DNA of 36,905 nucleotides from Octopus sinensis (Eukaryota): contig NW_021831682.1 in NCBI RefSeq assembly GCF_006345805.1, positions 1 through 36,905 of the forward strand. The letters run 5' to 3'. Made by a program: the position numbers and the translations under genes. How positions within the stretch are numbered: the first letter of the stretch is position 1; each line of letters opens with the position of its first letter. This document shows positions 10,268 to 22,584 of this stretch, in pieces. The notes beneath the pieces are model-generated. The model had not been told where the DNA came from. It saw only the letters and a program-made list of their open reading frames with translations, and searched no databases.

Positions 10268-11059
10268 ATGGCTATCGAAGATCTATTCAACAATGCTCAG
10301 CTATTATCAGTAATTGGAGAACATGATCTATATGACCACAATATAAAGACAAAAATAAACGAATGGACACATTTGGGGGATACTACTGTCCCTACAAATA
10401 TACAAAATAGTTGATTACATAACCTAATGACTAGTAATATCTTCTAGCAGGCGTTATTCATTGATATTTTGCTGTGGAATACTTATAACCGAACTAAATA
10501 CTTTATTTTTAGCCTCTCTTCACGAATTACTACACGCTGGAGGAGTCCTTTTATTCATTTTCGAGAAATCAAATGATTTATTGGACACAAAACTAATCAG
10601 ATTACTCAAGATTGCTGGTTTTTTCTCACCAATAGACGTACAATAATATTTATAAACATACAGCAATCAAATGAACTCGACTCCTCATTCATCACTGTCC
10701 AGAAGGCGAGTTTTGCCAATGGAACATCAATATCGAATATTTGGAGTGACATTGACTACGAGGAAGAGGGAGAGACGATCAACAGTGATGAGATATTGGA
10801 AGAGCAAGACAAACTGCCTCCTGTGAGGATCAGTTACACAGCAAAACAGAAGAGGAGAGCATGTGCGAATTGTACGTGTGGATTGGATGTTTCGGAGGGT
10901 GTGATGAGGTCTTCTTGTGGGAATGTATTTGTGTGGTTATAGTAGTAGTGCTATCTCGGAGATGCATTTCGATGTGATGGTTGTCCTTACAGTGGTCTGC
11001 CCCCCTTCAACCCGGGGGATGTGGTTGAGATTCCCGATACTGATTTGTTTGATCTATAA
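10268..11059 (+). CDS. CIAPIN1: Anamorsin / Dre2, copy 2, intact
   Basis: Same model as copy 1 with an open frame; 4 amino-acid differences counted. Confidence 0.92.
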
Positions 11060-11339
11060 TCCAGTTAAAATCATTTTGTGTCAAAAAACGTGTTTCTGGC
11101 CTGATTTTTTATTCGTTGATTTTTTATTGACCCCTCTAATATTTAATCGACCCTCTTAAAAAATTTTATATACAACAGACAATATTAAATAATATTTCTA
11201 TATACCAGACAAAACTAAGTAAAATTAGTTACTTTCCAGTATTTAATCAAACGAATATTTATAGCCATAGTCAGAGGCAATACTCTGGCAATCTGCCAAT
11301 GACCATTTTTCTGTAGTCCTTTTATTAATACATGATAAT

Positions 11340-12824
11340 TAGGGCAATTAAAAAGTTGACCTAAAAATTTAAAAATTGACCTCTAAAAGTCAACTAAATT
11401 GACCCAAAAAAACGAAAATTGACCAAAAAGTTGACCTAAAAAGAGCCAAGAATTTTTTTTAAATCAGGAGTTATAAAGAATCATATAAAATTTAAGGTTC
11501 TCCGGTTTAAAATTCCGATCTTTTGCCAAAATTTTATGGAGAATTGAAAATGAACGCTCCACAGAACATGTAGTTGCCTGACATTGAAGTAGTCGCAACT
11601 TTTCCATAGGCGAAAAATTTTCTTCGTTAACAATTTTCATAATTTCATTCTTATTCATTCTTTTATCAATATATTCTTTTATTTTGCAGGTATCTTCTTT
11701 CAGATCGAGTATTTTCAAAAAATTGATAGCCTTCTCGATTGAAAAGTTTGTGGACTCAATTTCAGGAAGAACATCTGCAAGTGGAGAATACTGATTCCAT
11801 ATTTCTTTTAAATCATTAACAAGTCCTTCATGGTTTATTGATTCTTTTGCCCTCCGAATCAATAGGGATTCTCCTTTTAACGAATTGCATATTTCCAACA
11901 CTCTGGGAAAATGTTCCACGTAGTACTTGGTTGCTCGAAGCCAACTTCCCCATCTAGTAACAATAGGTTCTGGAGGTAGTCCTATTTCAGAAAATAGTTG
12001 CCTTCGACTACTGTTTTTGAGAACAAGTTCTTTAATGGAGGCAATTAAGTTATCCACTGTAGGGTAACTTAGTTTTATCCTTAAAGCACAATTTTGTATC
12101 AAATGTGCAATGCATGTTACGTGGAATAGGTAAGGGTACAAATTTTCAGAGTGTTTACTGCTGAAATCATGTACTTTGCCGCGTCGGTTAACAACAAGTA
12201 AAAATTTTTCCTTTCAATATTTGCATGTCGGATCGTATCGTCCACAATCTGGCATACAATTGATGCGTTCGGCGAAGAATTTAATACAATACAATCAATA
12301 AGATAACTGTTTTGGGGATCAGTTATTTTCCCAATAAGAATATTGACAAATTTATCTTTACCGGCATCAGACTCATCAACAATTAAAAAAATCCTTTCAT
12401 TAATTAACAATTGGATAATCTCACTAACACGTCTTTCTGCCAAAATTTTGACATTGTTTGACATTTTGATTCTGAAGATAACACAAATCCAATAGTATTA
12501 AAAAAATTTATTAAGGCAGGATTCCGTAATTTATATAATGGAATATTTGCTGAAACAAATGCTTTAGTTAGATTGAGCGAAAAATCATTAGTAACAACAG
12601 TAGTGGGAAAAAACCTTTGAGGGGTCTTTTTAGGCTCGTTCATATGCGATTTATGTTTTTGCGTCAATCTGTGTTTTTCTACAAACCATTTTTTATGGAA
12701 TGTAAAAAATTAATATTTATATATTTTAAATAAATATTTTAAGCAGAAAATTACAAATTGACAAAAAATACAAAAATTGACAAAGTTGACCAAAAGTTGA
12801 CATTATTGACTTTTGGTTGCCCTA
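11340..12824 (-). mobile_element. hAT DNA transposon (defective), copy 2
   Basis: Same TIRs and TSD atgataat (11332-11339 and 12825-12832). It shares both frameshifts with copy 1 but has TAC where copy 1 has TAA. Confidence 0.93.
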
Positions 12825-13143
12825 ATGATAATCATTTTTACCAACTATCTAAATTCATTATTAATAATCAAACAAAACTCAATGAAAAAACTCGATGTTA
12901 AGTTAGTCGATAGTCAAAAAAACTCGATAATCAAAATTTTTGACAATCATTTTCTGTATCGAATTTGATTTTCCGTTTGGTTGTCTCACGTGGTTGGGGT
13001 TAGAGGGTCTGATTAAAGGCAATGGACGCGGAGGGTTGGTCTAAGGTGGCTGACTTGGAGGGTTAAAAGATGTGTGGTTAAAGTGAGAGGTGCTGACCAC
13101 AACATTCCAACAGTATTAAATACAAAGATAGCGTTTTAGTGAA

Positions 13144-15593
13144 ATGTTTAATGTATTTCCACACATAAAACTCACTTGATTTAGATTTTTAAAAAGAAAT
13201 CAAAAAATAAACCACTGAAAACGAATTTGGAATTAAATGAACAAAATTTTGACAAAATAAAAGAATTGTGCCTACAAAACAACGCCCTGTTCCAAGACCC
13301 GGACTTTCCTGCAGACGATTCATCTCTATTTTATAACAAAACAATCCAAGGACAAGTCAGGTGGGTCCGTCCGACAGTAAGTCTCACTCAATTATGACAG
13401 GAAATTGTCCCGAATCCCAATTTCATAGTCGACGGAGCCTCGAGATTTGACATTGTTCAGGGCTCTCTGGGTGAATTGGCATAAAATAAATTGCCAGGTG
13501 ATTGCTGGATGTTGGCAGCAGTGGCAGTCCTCACTACTGACCCACGCCTGTTTGCCAAAGTGGTCCCAATGGAGCAGACCTTCGAAGAAAGTGAGTACTT
13601 TGGAGCATTTCGATTCATGTTCTGGCACTTTGGAGAATTTAAACAAGTGGTGGTGGACGACAGACTTCCTACCCTCAACGGTGAACTCATATTTATGCAA
13701 TCCGCACAAAAAGACGAATTCTGGTCTGCCCTTTTAGAGAAAGCCTACGCCAAGTCAGTCCCTCTGACCATCCCAGAATGTGTGGCTGCTACCAAGCCCT
13801 CGAGGGAGGCTCAGCCTTGGAAGCCCTCATTGACTTTACAGGCGGAGTCGGAGAGAGATTTGACCTATCAAGAACCTCCTCTAAACTATTTTCCCAACTC
13901 AACTCAGCCCTTCTAAGACAATCCTTAATGTCCTGTGCCATAATAGTATTCTCACATATACAAATCAGGGCAACACTTTGGAGGGCAAACTAGCCAATGG
14001 CCTAATCATGTTACACGCCTATTCATTGACAGGACTTGTAGAGGTTATTCCACTCATATAAAATAGGTGACCCTCACTAGACTGGGACAACAAGTCCAGT
14101 TGGTCAGATTGCGGAATCCGTGGGGACAGGTTGAGTGGAATGGTCCGTGGAGTGATGGGTCACCCGAATGGGGACTCGTCTCTCCCACGGAAAAAAACCA
14201 ACTTGATCTTGTCTGTCAAAATGACGGAGAATTCTGGTCGGGTTTTCCGTGATTTGTAGGATGGATTGGAAAGATTTTACTTCCAACTACTCCATTGTCG
14301 AGGTATGCAACCTCCAGCCAGATTCCGTCACGGATTCCGTGATCGACCAGTGGAAGGTGACACAATTCGAAGGGTCCTGGGTCAAATTTGTCACCGCGGC
14401 GGGAAATATTAAGTCAAGTAATTTTTTTTGGTTATTTTTGAATCTTATTTGTCAAATCCCACGTTTTTGTTTCAAGTTGGAGAGACTCAGCAGAGGACCA
14501 CGGAAGTTCTCATTTCGGTCTCTCAGAAAGACCGGAGGAGACTCTTTGCCCAAGGGAAGTCAATGTTGGCCATTGCTTTCCACGTTTTTGAGGTATTTTT
14601 TTAATTATATGAGAATTTTGGCGGGAAAAAACGCCTAGTTGGGAGTTCTGGTCCCTACAGTAATAAAAGGGAAATATCTCAGAGATTTGAACTCAGGGCT
14701 GGGAGTTATTCCCTTATAGTCTCCACATATGAGCCCAATATTCCCGGGGAATTTTTAGTGAGGATCTTCAGTGAGACGGAGACCACAGAAGTGTATAAAT
14801 ATAAACAATTTATTTAATTAATATTTAAAAATAATTAATTAATATTTTTAAATATATTATTTTAGTGAGGAACAAGTTGATCAAGTGGTGAGTCCTTGTC
14901 ATATTATTGCCCAAGGACCCCATCAATGATACTGAGGACGTCGATTCAATGTTCAGGGAGGCTGCCGGTGCTGACATGGAAATACAAACTAATGATCTTT
15001 ACAAATTATTGAACAAAGAAACAACTATAGGTTTAATTAATTATACAATTACTTAATAAATTATAAAATAATTAATTAAATAATAAAATAGGTAAAAATG
15101 AGTTCTCGTGGAGAAACACTGCACAATTGATTTCACTATACGACGTTGGTATTATACGTTGACTCATAGACCGATGGGACCGGTTCTCTCGGCCTGGAGG
15201 AATTTCGAGACCTTTGGATCAGAATTACTCAAGCCAGGGTATGCCTTATCCCACTAATAAAGACAATCTTCAAAGAGGCTGACTCTGACAATTCAGGCAC
15301 ACTAAGCACATTCGAACTGAGGAGAGCAATCCGCCGTACAGGCAGCAGAATAAGCAACAGGACGACAATGTCTTTGGTACTGAAACACTCTGATGAGAAT
15401 GGCCTGTTCTCGTTGGACGATTTTGTGGTGTGTGTTGTCAAAATAAACAGAGCTGCTGGTTTATTCTTTCCTGGCATTCTTTCTAGTAATTTTCAGACGA
15501 CAAGCCAAGTCCTCGCTTGTGGCCACATTTACACTAGAAAGGGTAGGTGGTTGGTTTATTTGTTAGTTTATTGACGATGTGTGTTCTCTTTAA
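13144..15593 (+). CDS. Classical calpain (CysPc, C2-like domain III, penta-EF hand), ~17 exons
   Basis: Spliced model has QGSLGDCW (Cys), HAYS (His) and LRNPWG (Asn), domain III motifs ([31 protein letters not shown]) and EF hands ([26 protein letters not shown]). Most introns are 21-32 nt; stop TAA at 15591-15593. Paralogue not assignable. Confidence 0.95.
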
Positions 15594-15691
15594 TTTATTA
15601 ATATTAATTATTTATTTCTAACATGGAATTATTTTATTAATTTAAAATAAATAATAAAATTTTAATAATTTATTTTCTGGTGGTGTCACAC

Positions 15692-18435
15692 ATGGAGACC
15701 GAATTGATATTCATGAAAGAAGACGCTCTAATGAAATTAGGCTTACTTTTTGTAAAAAAATAAGAAAATAATAAATAAAAGGACGACACAGACATTCCCT
15801 TTGAAGAAGAACTAATCCGGAATCCTTTTTCAGTAAAAATATGGCTGAGATACATCGAGCACAAAGAGGACTCCAACCCAGAGACTTTGTACATCCTCTA
15901 TGAACGGGCCCTCAAAGAGCTTCCAGGAAGGTAAACCCCGGGAAACCACCTCAGCTATAAAATATGGATCCACTACCTCAATTTCCGAACAGAACGAACC
16001 AAATTGTTGTGTGTGAACAGTCCAGAGTATCAGAAACTAAACGAATTGTACGAAAGAGCCCTCATACTTATGGGGAAAGTAATACAAGCCAGGATTACTT
16101 GATAGATGCCCAGAATATGGCTTAACTACCTCGATTTGCTTATCCACGAAGGACTGATCACTCGGACTAGGCGGACATTCGACCGATGCCTCATATCCCT
16201 GCCCATAACACAGCACAAAAGAATGTGGCATCACTTGATTGGGTTTATAAAGCAATGTAATGTTCCACTGACTACTTTTAAATTGTTTAAACGCTATTTA
16301 AAAGTATTGAGGTGTGATGTTCTATTGTTAGATCAAGTGGGACTGTGCAGAAGATGTGGTTGTTTACTATAGGAGTGTGGGGTACTACAATGATGCTGCT
16401 AAACTGCTTATGGATATCATCAATGACCAGAGATTTGTCTCAAAACATGGCAAATCAAAATATCAGGTGACACACATGAGTTTAAATTCAAATTATATAT
16501 TTAAAATTAATTAAATATATTATTAATTTAATAAATGTTAAGTTGTGGGGTGATTTATGTGAGTTGATGGTGAAGCACGTGGATATAACATCGATAGACG
16601 TGGATGGGATAATAAGACAGGGAATAGACCAGCACAGTGACCAGACAGGCGTGTTGTGGAACTCCCTGGTGGAGTACTACACTCGGAATGGGCAGTTCGA
16701 TAAGGCGAGGGATGTCTATGAGGAGGCAATGGTCAAAGTGAAGACAGTGTGTGACTTTACCCAAATATATGAGGGATATGCCCACTTTGAGGAGTCCCTC
16801 ACATCTGCAGCCATTGAACAGCTGGGAGAGGAGGCCACAGAAGAGGGTTGGTTGTCTTTAATAGGCAGAAATACTCGACGTGGAGTACTGTGCAGCCAGA
16901 TATGAGTATTTGATAGAACGGAGGGCAATCATGTTGAACAGGCAGGCCTCTTTGCTTATTCCCAGTGTCAAAATCAGACAAAACCCTCACAACGTGGAGA
17001 ACTGGCAGCAGAGGGCACTCCTGGCTGCGGAGAGGGAGGATCCTGTGGGGGTAGTGGAGGTGTACACGGAGGCACTCCACACAATTAATAACGAAATAGC
17101 AGTGGGCAAACCACATTCACTGTGGGTGGCCTTCGCATTGTTTTATGAAAAGGCGGGAAATATAATACAAGTATTTTTTCGCGCCATTTTTAAATAGGCG
17201 CGGAATGTATTTGAAAAGGCGATTGAGGTGGAGTTTAGTTGTGTGGAGGATTTGGCGAGTGTTTGGAGTGAGTGGATAGAGATGGAGATTCGACAGGAGT
17301 TGGGATATTCCCTCTACCCTTAGAAACATCCCCCAGGCATTCGACCTCCTCAAGAAAGTGACCAGTCCCCCCAAAAACAGAAGACATGTGTCATATTTCG
17401 ACAAATCCCACTCGATCCACAGCCGAGTGCACAAGTCTCTCAAACTGTGGTCACTCTATGCTGACTTGGAAGAGAGTTTCGGCTGCTTTGAGGGACAGTC
17501 GATAGTAAATTGTAGAAATGCAGAGCAGTGTATGACAGCATCCTCGACCTGAGAATAGCCACCCCTCAGTTGATAATGAACTACGCCCTGTTTATGGAGG
17601 AACACAAATATTTCGAGCAGTCATATCAGGTGGTGGGAGTGATGGACAGGCAGGTATTCGAGAGGGGGATTGGGCTGTTTGGGTGGCCAGTGGTGGTCGA
17701 CCTGTGGAATTCGTATCTGTCCAAGTTCATAGGGCGATATGTGAGGGATGGAAATGACAATTGCAGGGGGGAGACAAACTGGAGAGATGTCGGGACTTGT
17801 TTGAGCAGTGTTTGGAGGACTGTCCTCCCCAATACGCCCAACGTAGGCCAGTGTGATAAGAATAGACTTTTATACAATGTACGGGCAGATGGAGGAGGAC
17901 CACGGACTGAGGAGACATGCCATGGCAATCTACCAACGAGCCACGGAATGTGTGCCAATGGAGACCAAAATGAAGGTGTAGGTCATAGTGAGTCCCAGAT
18001 GTTCAAACATTACATATCACGTGCCTCCGAGTGGTTTGGAATGACGAGTGTGCGAGGAATATACGAGAAGGCCATCCAAGTGTTGGGTGATGGGGACAGT
18101 CGGTCAGTCTGGGGTGTCATTTGTAGAGAAATGAGTATTGCCTTTGCCAAATTGGAGGAGAAGTTGGGGGAAATGGAGAGAGCCAGAGTCATCTACAGTC
18201 ATTGCTCTCAGTTCTGTGACCCTGCGGTATTCCGAGGTGTTCAGTTTAGGTGGATGACGAGTTCTGGTCGTTGTGGTCACAGTTTGAGTTGCACTATGGC
18301 AATGAGGACACCATTCGGGAGATGTTGAGGGTCAAACGATCAGTCCAGGCCTTCTACAACACGGCAGTCATGCGCCCTATTGAGCCCACTCATCCCATGG
18401 AGATTGCCCAGGCCAATCAAAGTGGGGTTGTCTGA
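15692..18435 (+). CDS. XAB2: Pre-mRNA splicing factor SYF1 / XAB2 (HAT repeats), ~17 exons
   Basis: Spliced model follows XAB2 throughout: [87 protein letters not shown]. Confidence 0.96.
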
Positions 18436-19139
18436 TTGACCCCTTCATTTGGATACATTTGTTTATTCATTAATTTAAGGGGATAGTAGTATTATTGGGT
18501 GGACGCGTTAATTTGAGTGGCTGTAGAGACAGCATGTTATGTAGTTTGCATTATTCGTTATAAGAATTTGTTTGTTCAAGTCGTTGTAAATGTGGTGGCT
18601 ACTATTCAAAAGGTAAGAAAAATATCACTGGTTTGATATCCTCCATGCAGTAAAAATATTAAAACTTGATTGTTATGAGTTTTATCCTTTTTGGATTGAG
18701 GAAAGAACGAGAGGTTTTATAAGTAACAATTTTATCTATATTAACTATTAGTCATTAGCTGTAAGTTTGTCTTGATTTCATTTTCCAAAAATATAGTTCA
18801 ACTGCGGAAATTGATTGGTAATCAAAATTTGGACCGGAAATAAAATTATTATTTAGTTTACAATATTATATGCATTATTTTTCCACTAATTTTGGTGATT
18901 GATGTGTTTTTTGTCTTACCTATTTTTAATGTTGCAAAATGTGTCTAGAATTTACAGATCAAAGTCCAAAGAACTTAAAAACAGTGTCATCATTACTTGA
19001 GAGTTTCATCTTTGTATTTATTTTGACATATTCCTGATGTGATTACTATTCAGATGTCGCTGGATTTGAATACGAGAGTGCAACCGGATTATCCGTGAGA
19101 AACCCACGCGCAAGAAAAATAAAAAAAATAATTAAAGAC

Positions 19140-19600
19140 CATCGGCCTGTTTATACGATTAATTAACATTAACTGTTCTTCACTTAAATATAAAGTGTGT
19201 GTTTTGGCCATGCAGGGTCATAAAGTAATATGGCTTTCGCGAAAAGGCTATTATTAATGGGCAAAAAGTGTTAGCACAGTACGTCACTAATATTTTGCTG
19301 CATGATTTTTTTGAAATATCTATTTGTAATCTTTCTATTAAATAGCAGGTTTTCACTACCTATCCAATTTAGTTTATGACTTGTTCATTCTGGATTGGCG
19401 TAAGTTCTTTGATTGTAAGGAAATTGTATTTGTAGTGTTTTGTCACTTATATTTTCATTAAAAGTTTTTAGATGTAATATCCACTTCGATAAGCTTTTAA
19501 TATGTCTTCTAAATGTTTGATCTGTTTTCTTTCATTTGAATATCAGATTACTCTATCTACTTTTGGTTCAACTGAAAATAAAAACTAATTAAAAATTGCT
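19140..19600 (-). pseudogene. Decayed unidentified reading frame
   Basis: About 150 codons of protein-like sequence (...NWIGSENLLFNRKITNRYFKKIMQQ...LYDPAWPKHTLYLSEEQLML) broken by several stops and one frameshift; family not recognised. Confidence 0.3.
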
Positions 19601-20420
19601 CAAATTCTGATTATTTTCATCAATCATCAATTTTTGAAAATTTTTATGAAGACATAAACAATAAATATACTACATGTAAGAACATTAACCTATTTGACAA
19701 ATATATTATGATAATTTACTACATGTTATCCAGATAATCCAAATTTTAGCTACATGCCATTTAATAAGTATAAGAATCAAAATTTTGGTTTTTCTATTTT
19801 TTATACTTTCTTGAATTTGTTTCAAGAATCGAGTATACGAGGAGAGAATTGCTTGCCTGTTCCTGCAAAGAATGATATTCAAAATTCTTTGCCGGAGCCA
19901 TGATAATGCCCGTATTAGCTCACTTATACGAAAAGTAATGAGATTTTATTAATTATAGAATGTCAACTTAAAATAAGTTGATGAGGTATTCGTCAAAGAA
20001 CTTATCTTTTCCTAAATATAAATCGACTTGATTGACTGTAAAAAGTAATATTACTAATGATTGACAATCTTAATCTTTGTATTTTGCATTTTTCATAAAT
20101 TATTTAGAAATTTTGAGCTTTGGAACAGCTGACAACCTAATCACTCTGCTGACACTTTTCAATGAAAAAAACTGGCGATCACAATCTTCAGAGGTAGAAA
20201 GTCTTTAAAAAGACACCGATGTGATCTATTGCTTATTCCAGGTGGTTCATGCAGTCTTAAAGCTAAAAGTCCCAATTTAGGTTTGACATTAACTTTCATC
20301 AATTTCGTGAAAAAGCTAACACTATTTCTTTTCATATTCAAAAAAAGAAAGCAGAAATTTGTTTTTGAGAAAAATTAGTATTTACCAAATCAAGAAAGTT
20401 AGTATTTGTTTAGTTATATT

Positions 20421-21025
20421 TTAATTATCGCATACGTCCTCGCTTTTTTCAACTTGGTTACTTATTTCAATTTCTGGGTTGCTTGAAATGTCTATTACAG
20501 TTATTTTAAAATAAAAACCCAAAATTTCACACAAAAATGGTAATTTATCATTACAACTCTGATCATTCCAGACTCCTCTAGGAATCCATATCTCAACACA
20601 GTTTTCAATTTGATAATTATTAGGTTCATTTGTATTCCAATTAAAAAAGGCCTGAATTTAAAAAGTTTGAATTACTTGTTTATTTCCATAAGAATCCAAA
20701 AACTCGTTTTCTTTCTGGATGTCATTTACTCCAATCCAAAACCTTGATTTTGCGTTTTTTATAAAATTTTCTGAAATAAATTATTTTTGTGTTTACCGTA
20801 AATATAATTATTTGTGATTTGGCTGTCTATATTTGCGAGTGAGCCTTTTTTTTCTTTACAAACTTTTTGTGCATCTTGTCGATTTAGTCTATCCGTCACA
20901 AAAATATAACATTTTCCATTAAAACATTCTAAACTGAAATAAAATGAATTACTGTTCGATGTTGGAGCACTTTGCACAAAAATTGATAGAATTAGAAAAT
21001 AGAACATTTTAATTATTATTCTCAT
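20421..21025 (-). CDS. Secreted C-type lectin (EPN/WND type)
   Basis: Signal peptide, C-x-I-F...C, FWIGVND, WNTNEPNN, ENCVE, WNDQSC and FLCE after splicing GT-AG introns 20771-20796, 20652-20675 and 20492-20518. The 3' end is uncertain (possible further donor at GAC|GTATGC). Confidence 0.88.
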
Positions 21026-21335
21026 TTTCTTCCAGTATTTAAATCAAATTTTTAATTAATTGTCATATTGTCAAGCAATTATGTTTTTATAAATCATTTA
21101 TGTTTTTTAAAACTGTAATTACTGTTTTTATCTTCATTTCTGTTATTTCTGTTATATACTATTACTTATTTATTTTTTTAGAAATTAGTTTCAGTATTTG
21201 TAAAACAGTCCAAAATGTGAGCATATAGCAGTGATGACAACAAGAAAATCATGTATTTTATTTTAATATAATTTTTCAAATAAAAAACAAACAATTTTCT
21301 AAACGATTTATCATGATCAAGGACTTGTTTAAATA

Positions 21336-21418
21336 CAATTTGTACAAATGTTTCTTTCTGGGTAAATTGAAAGAATTTGTTCAATTTGTACAAATGTTTC
21401 TTTCTGGGTAAATTGAAA
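21336..21418. repeat. 37-bp direct repeat x2
   Basis: caatttgtacaaatgtttctttctgggtaaattgaaa at 21336 and 21382. Confidence 0.9.
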
Positions 21419-22584
21419 TTCGGAAAGTAATTTTTAATATTTTAAAAAAAGAAGAACAGAATAGGCAACTGAGCTCAATTTAACTGTTTGGCAAATCACA
21501 ATTTGGTTCTAAAATAGAAGAATAAAATTTTGAAAACCGCAAAATACTTTGCAACCCAGAGTTTTAAAATTTTGATTTTATTAAGAAATTTTTGATATTC
21601 TAACTCATAAAAATATTATTTGATTTTGCAGGGCATGTCAAAATTAATTTATTTTGTTTTAGTTTTTTATAAACATAAAATGACTTTCAGAATAACATCA
21701 AAGGGAATGGAAATATAAAATATCATTTATCTTGGCGTGTTAAAGTCTACTATAATGACATTAGTATTGTATTAATATATCCGGACTCCCTCCTGATAGT
21801 CATGGAAAGGCTTATCTATAATTAAAAAAGTTGTAAATATTCAAAAATTTATAAGATAAAGGCAATCCACCAGGCTACGCATATATCGTAAACATAATAA
21901 TGAATATTTTTGATTAAAACTAACTTTATGACTGTATAAGATAAATAGATTTAAATTGTATCTAATTGAAAGTCGGTTAATTGCATAAATCGGTTAATGC
22001 CATAAATTTATGTTAAAAACAATAATTTATATGCTTTCCATTCAAAATATTAGGTTAATTGTATATCGGTTAATTGAATACTTTCATCGGAAACATTTAC
22101 TATTTTCGCATAACTGCATAATTATAATCTGTAATTTTAAATTGAAAATTTTCAATGTTTTATTCAAGGAAGTCAAACTCAGACAGTTTTATTTGTGAGA
22201 TTCAACTGATCACAGTCTCAAATTTCACGATTTTTAAGAATAGAGAAGAAATTATGTTATTGGCTGAATTTAATTGGGTAAATTAAGTCGCCAAAGCCGA
22301 CGCGATGGCAAAATATCGGATAACTGCATAAGATTTTTAATGGATAAATGTTATCTTTACTGTATATTACTTTTTGTAGTTTGTACTGACAGAGTTTTCA
22401 AATCACAAACGTCTAGACTGGCTCAGAAATGTGCAATGTTTACAAAAGGATTGGAGATGGTTGTTTTTATCAGGTTGATCACACCATGTCATCCAGGACT
22501 TTCATAATGGGGTCAATGCGGATATGAAATATATGTCAACTTAATTAATGAGGAATATATAACCAGGTAATGCAATATTCATCG

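Larger units (their letters stand above)
8954..12896 (+). repeat. Segmental tandem duplication, copy 2
   Basis: Begins at the TA abutting the Tigger TIR and ends in a patch of short templated repeats (12897-12941). Confidence 0.95.

Noticed and set aside
12960-13125. G-rich stretch upstream of calpain as a possible ncRNA
   Set aside because: No recognisable snRNA, snoRNA or tRNA boxes or convincing fold by eye, and no open frame.
15713-15781. AT-AG first intron in XAB2 (METELIF|DDTD)
   Set aside because: A canonical GT donor (GLLF|DDTD) aligns equally well.
13392-18192. Antisense and alternative-frame ORFs overlapping calpain and XAB2
   Set aside because: They are shadows of GC-richer coding exons with no independent motifs.
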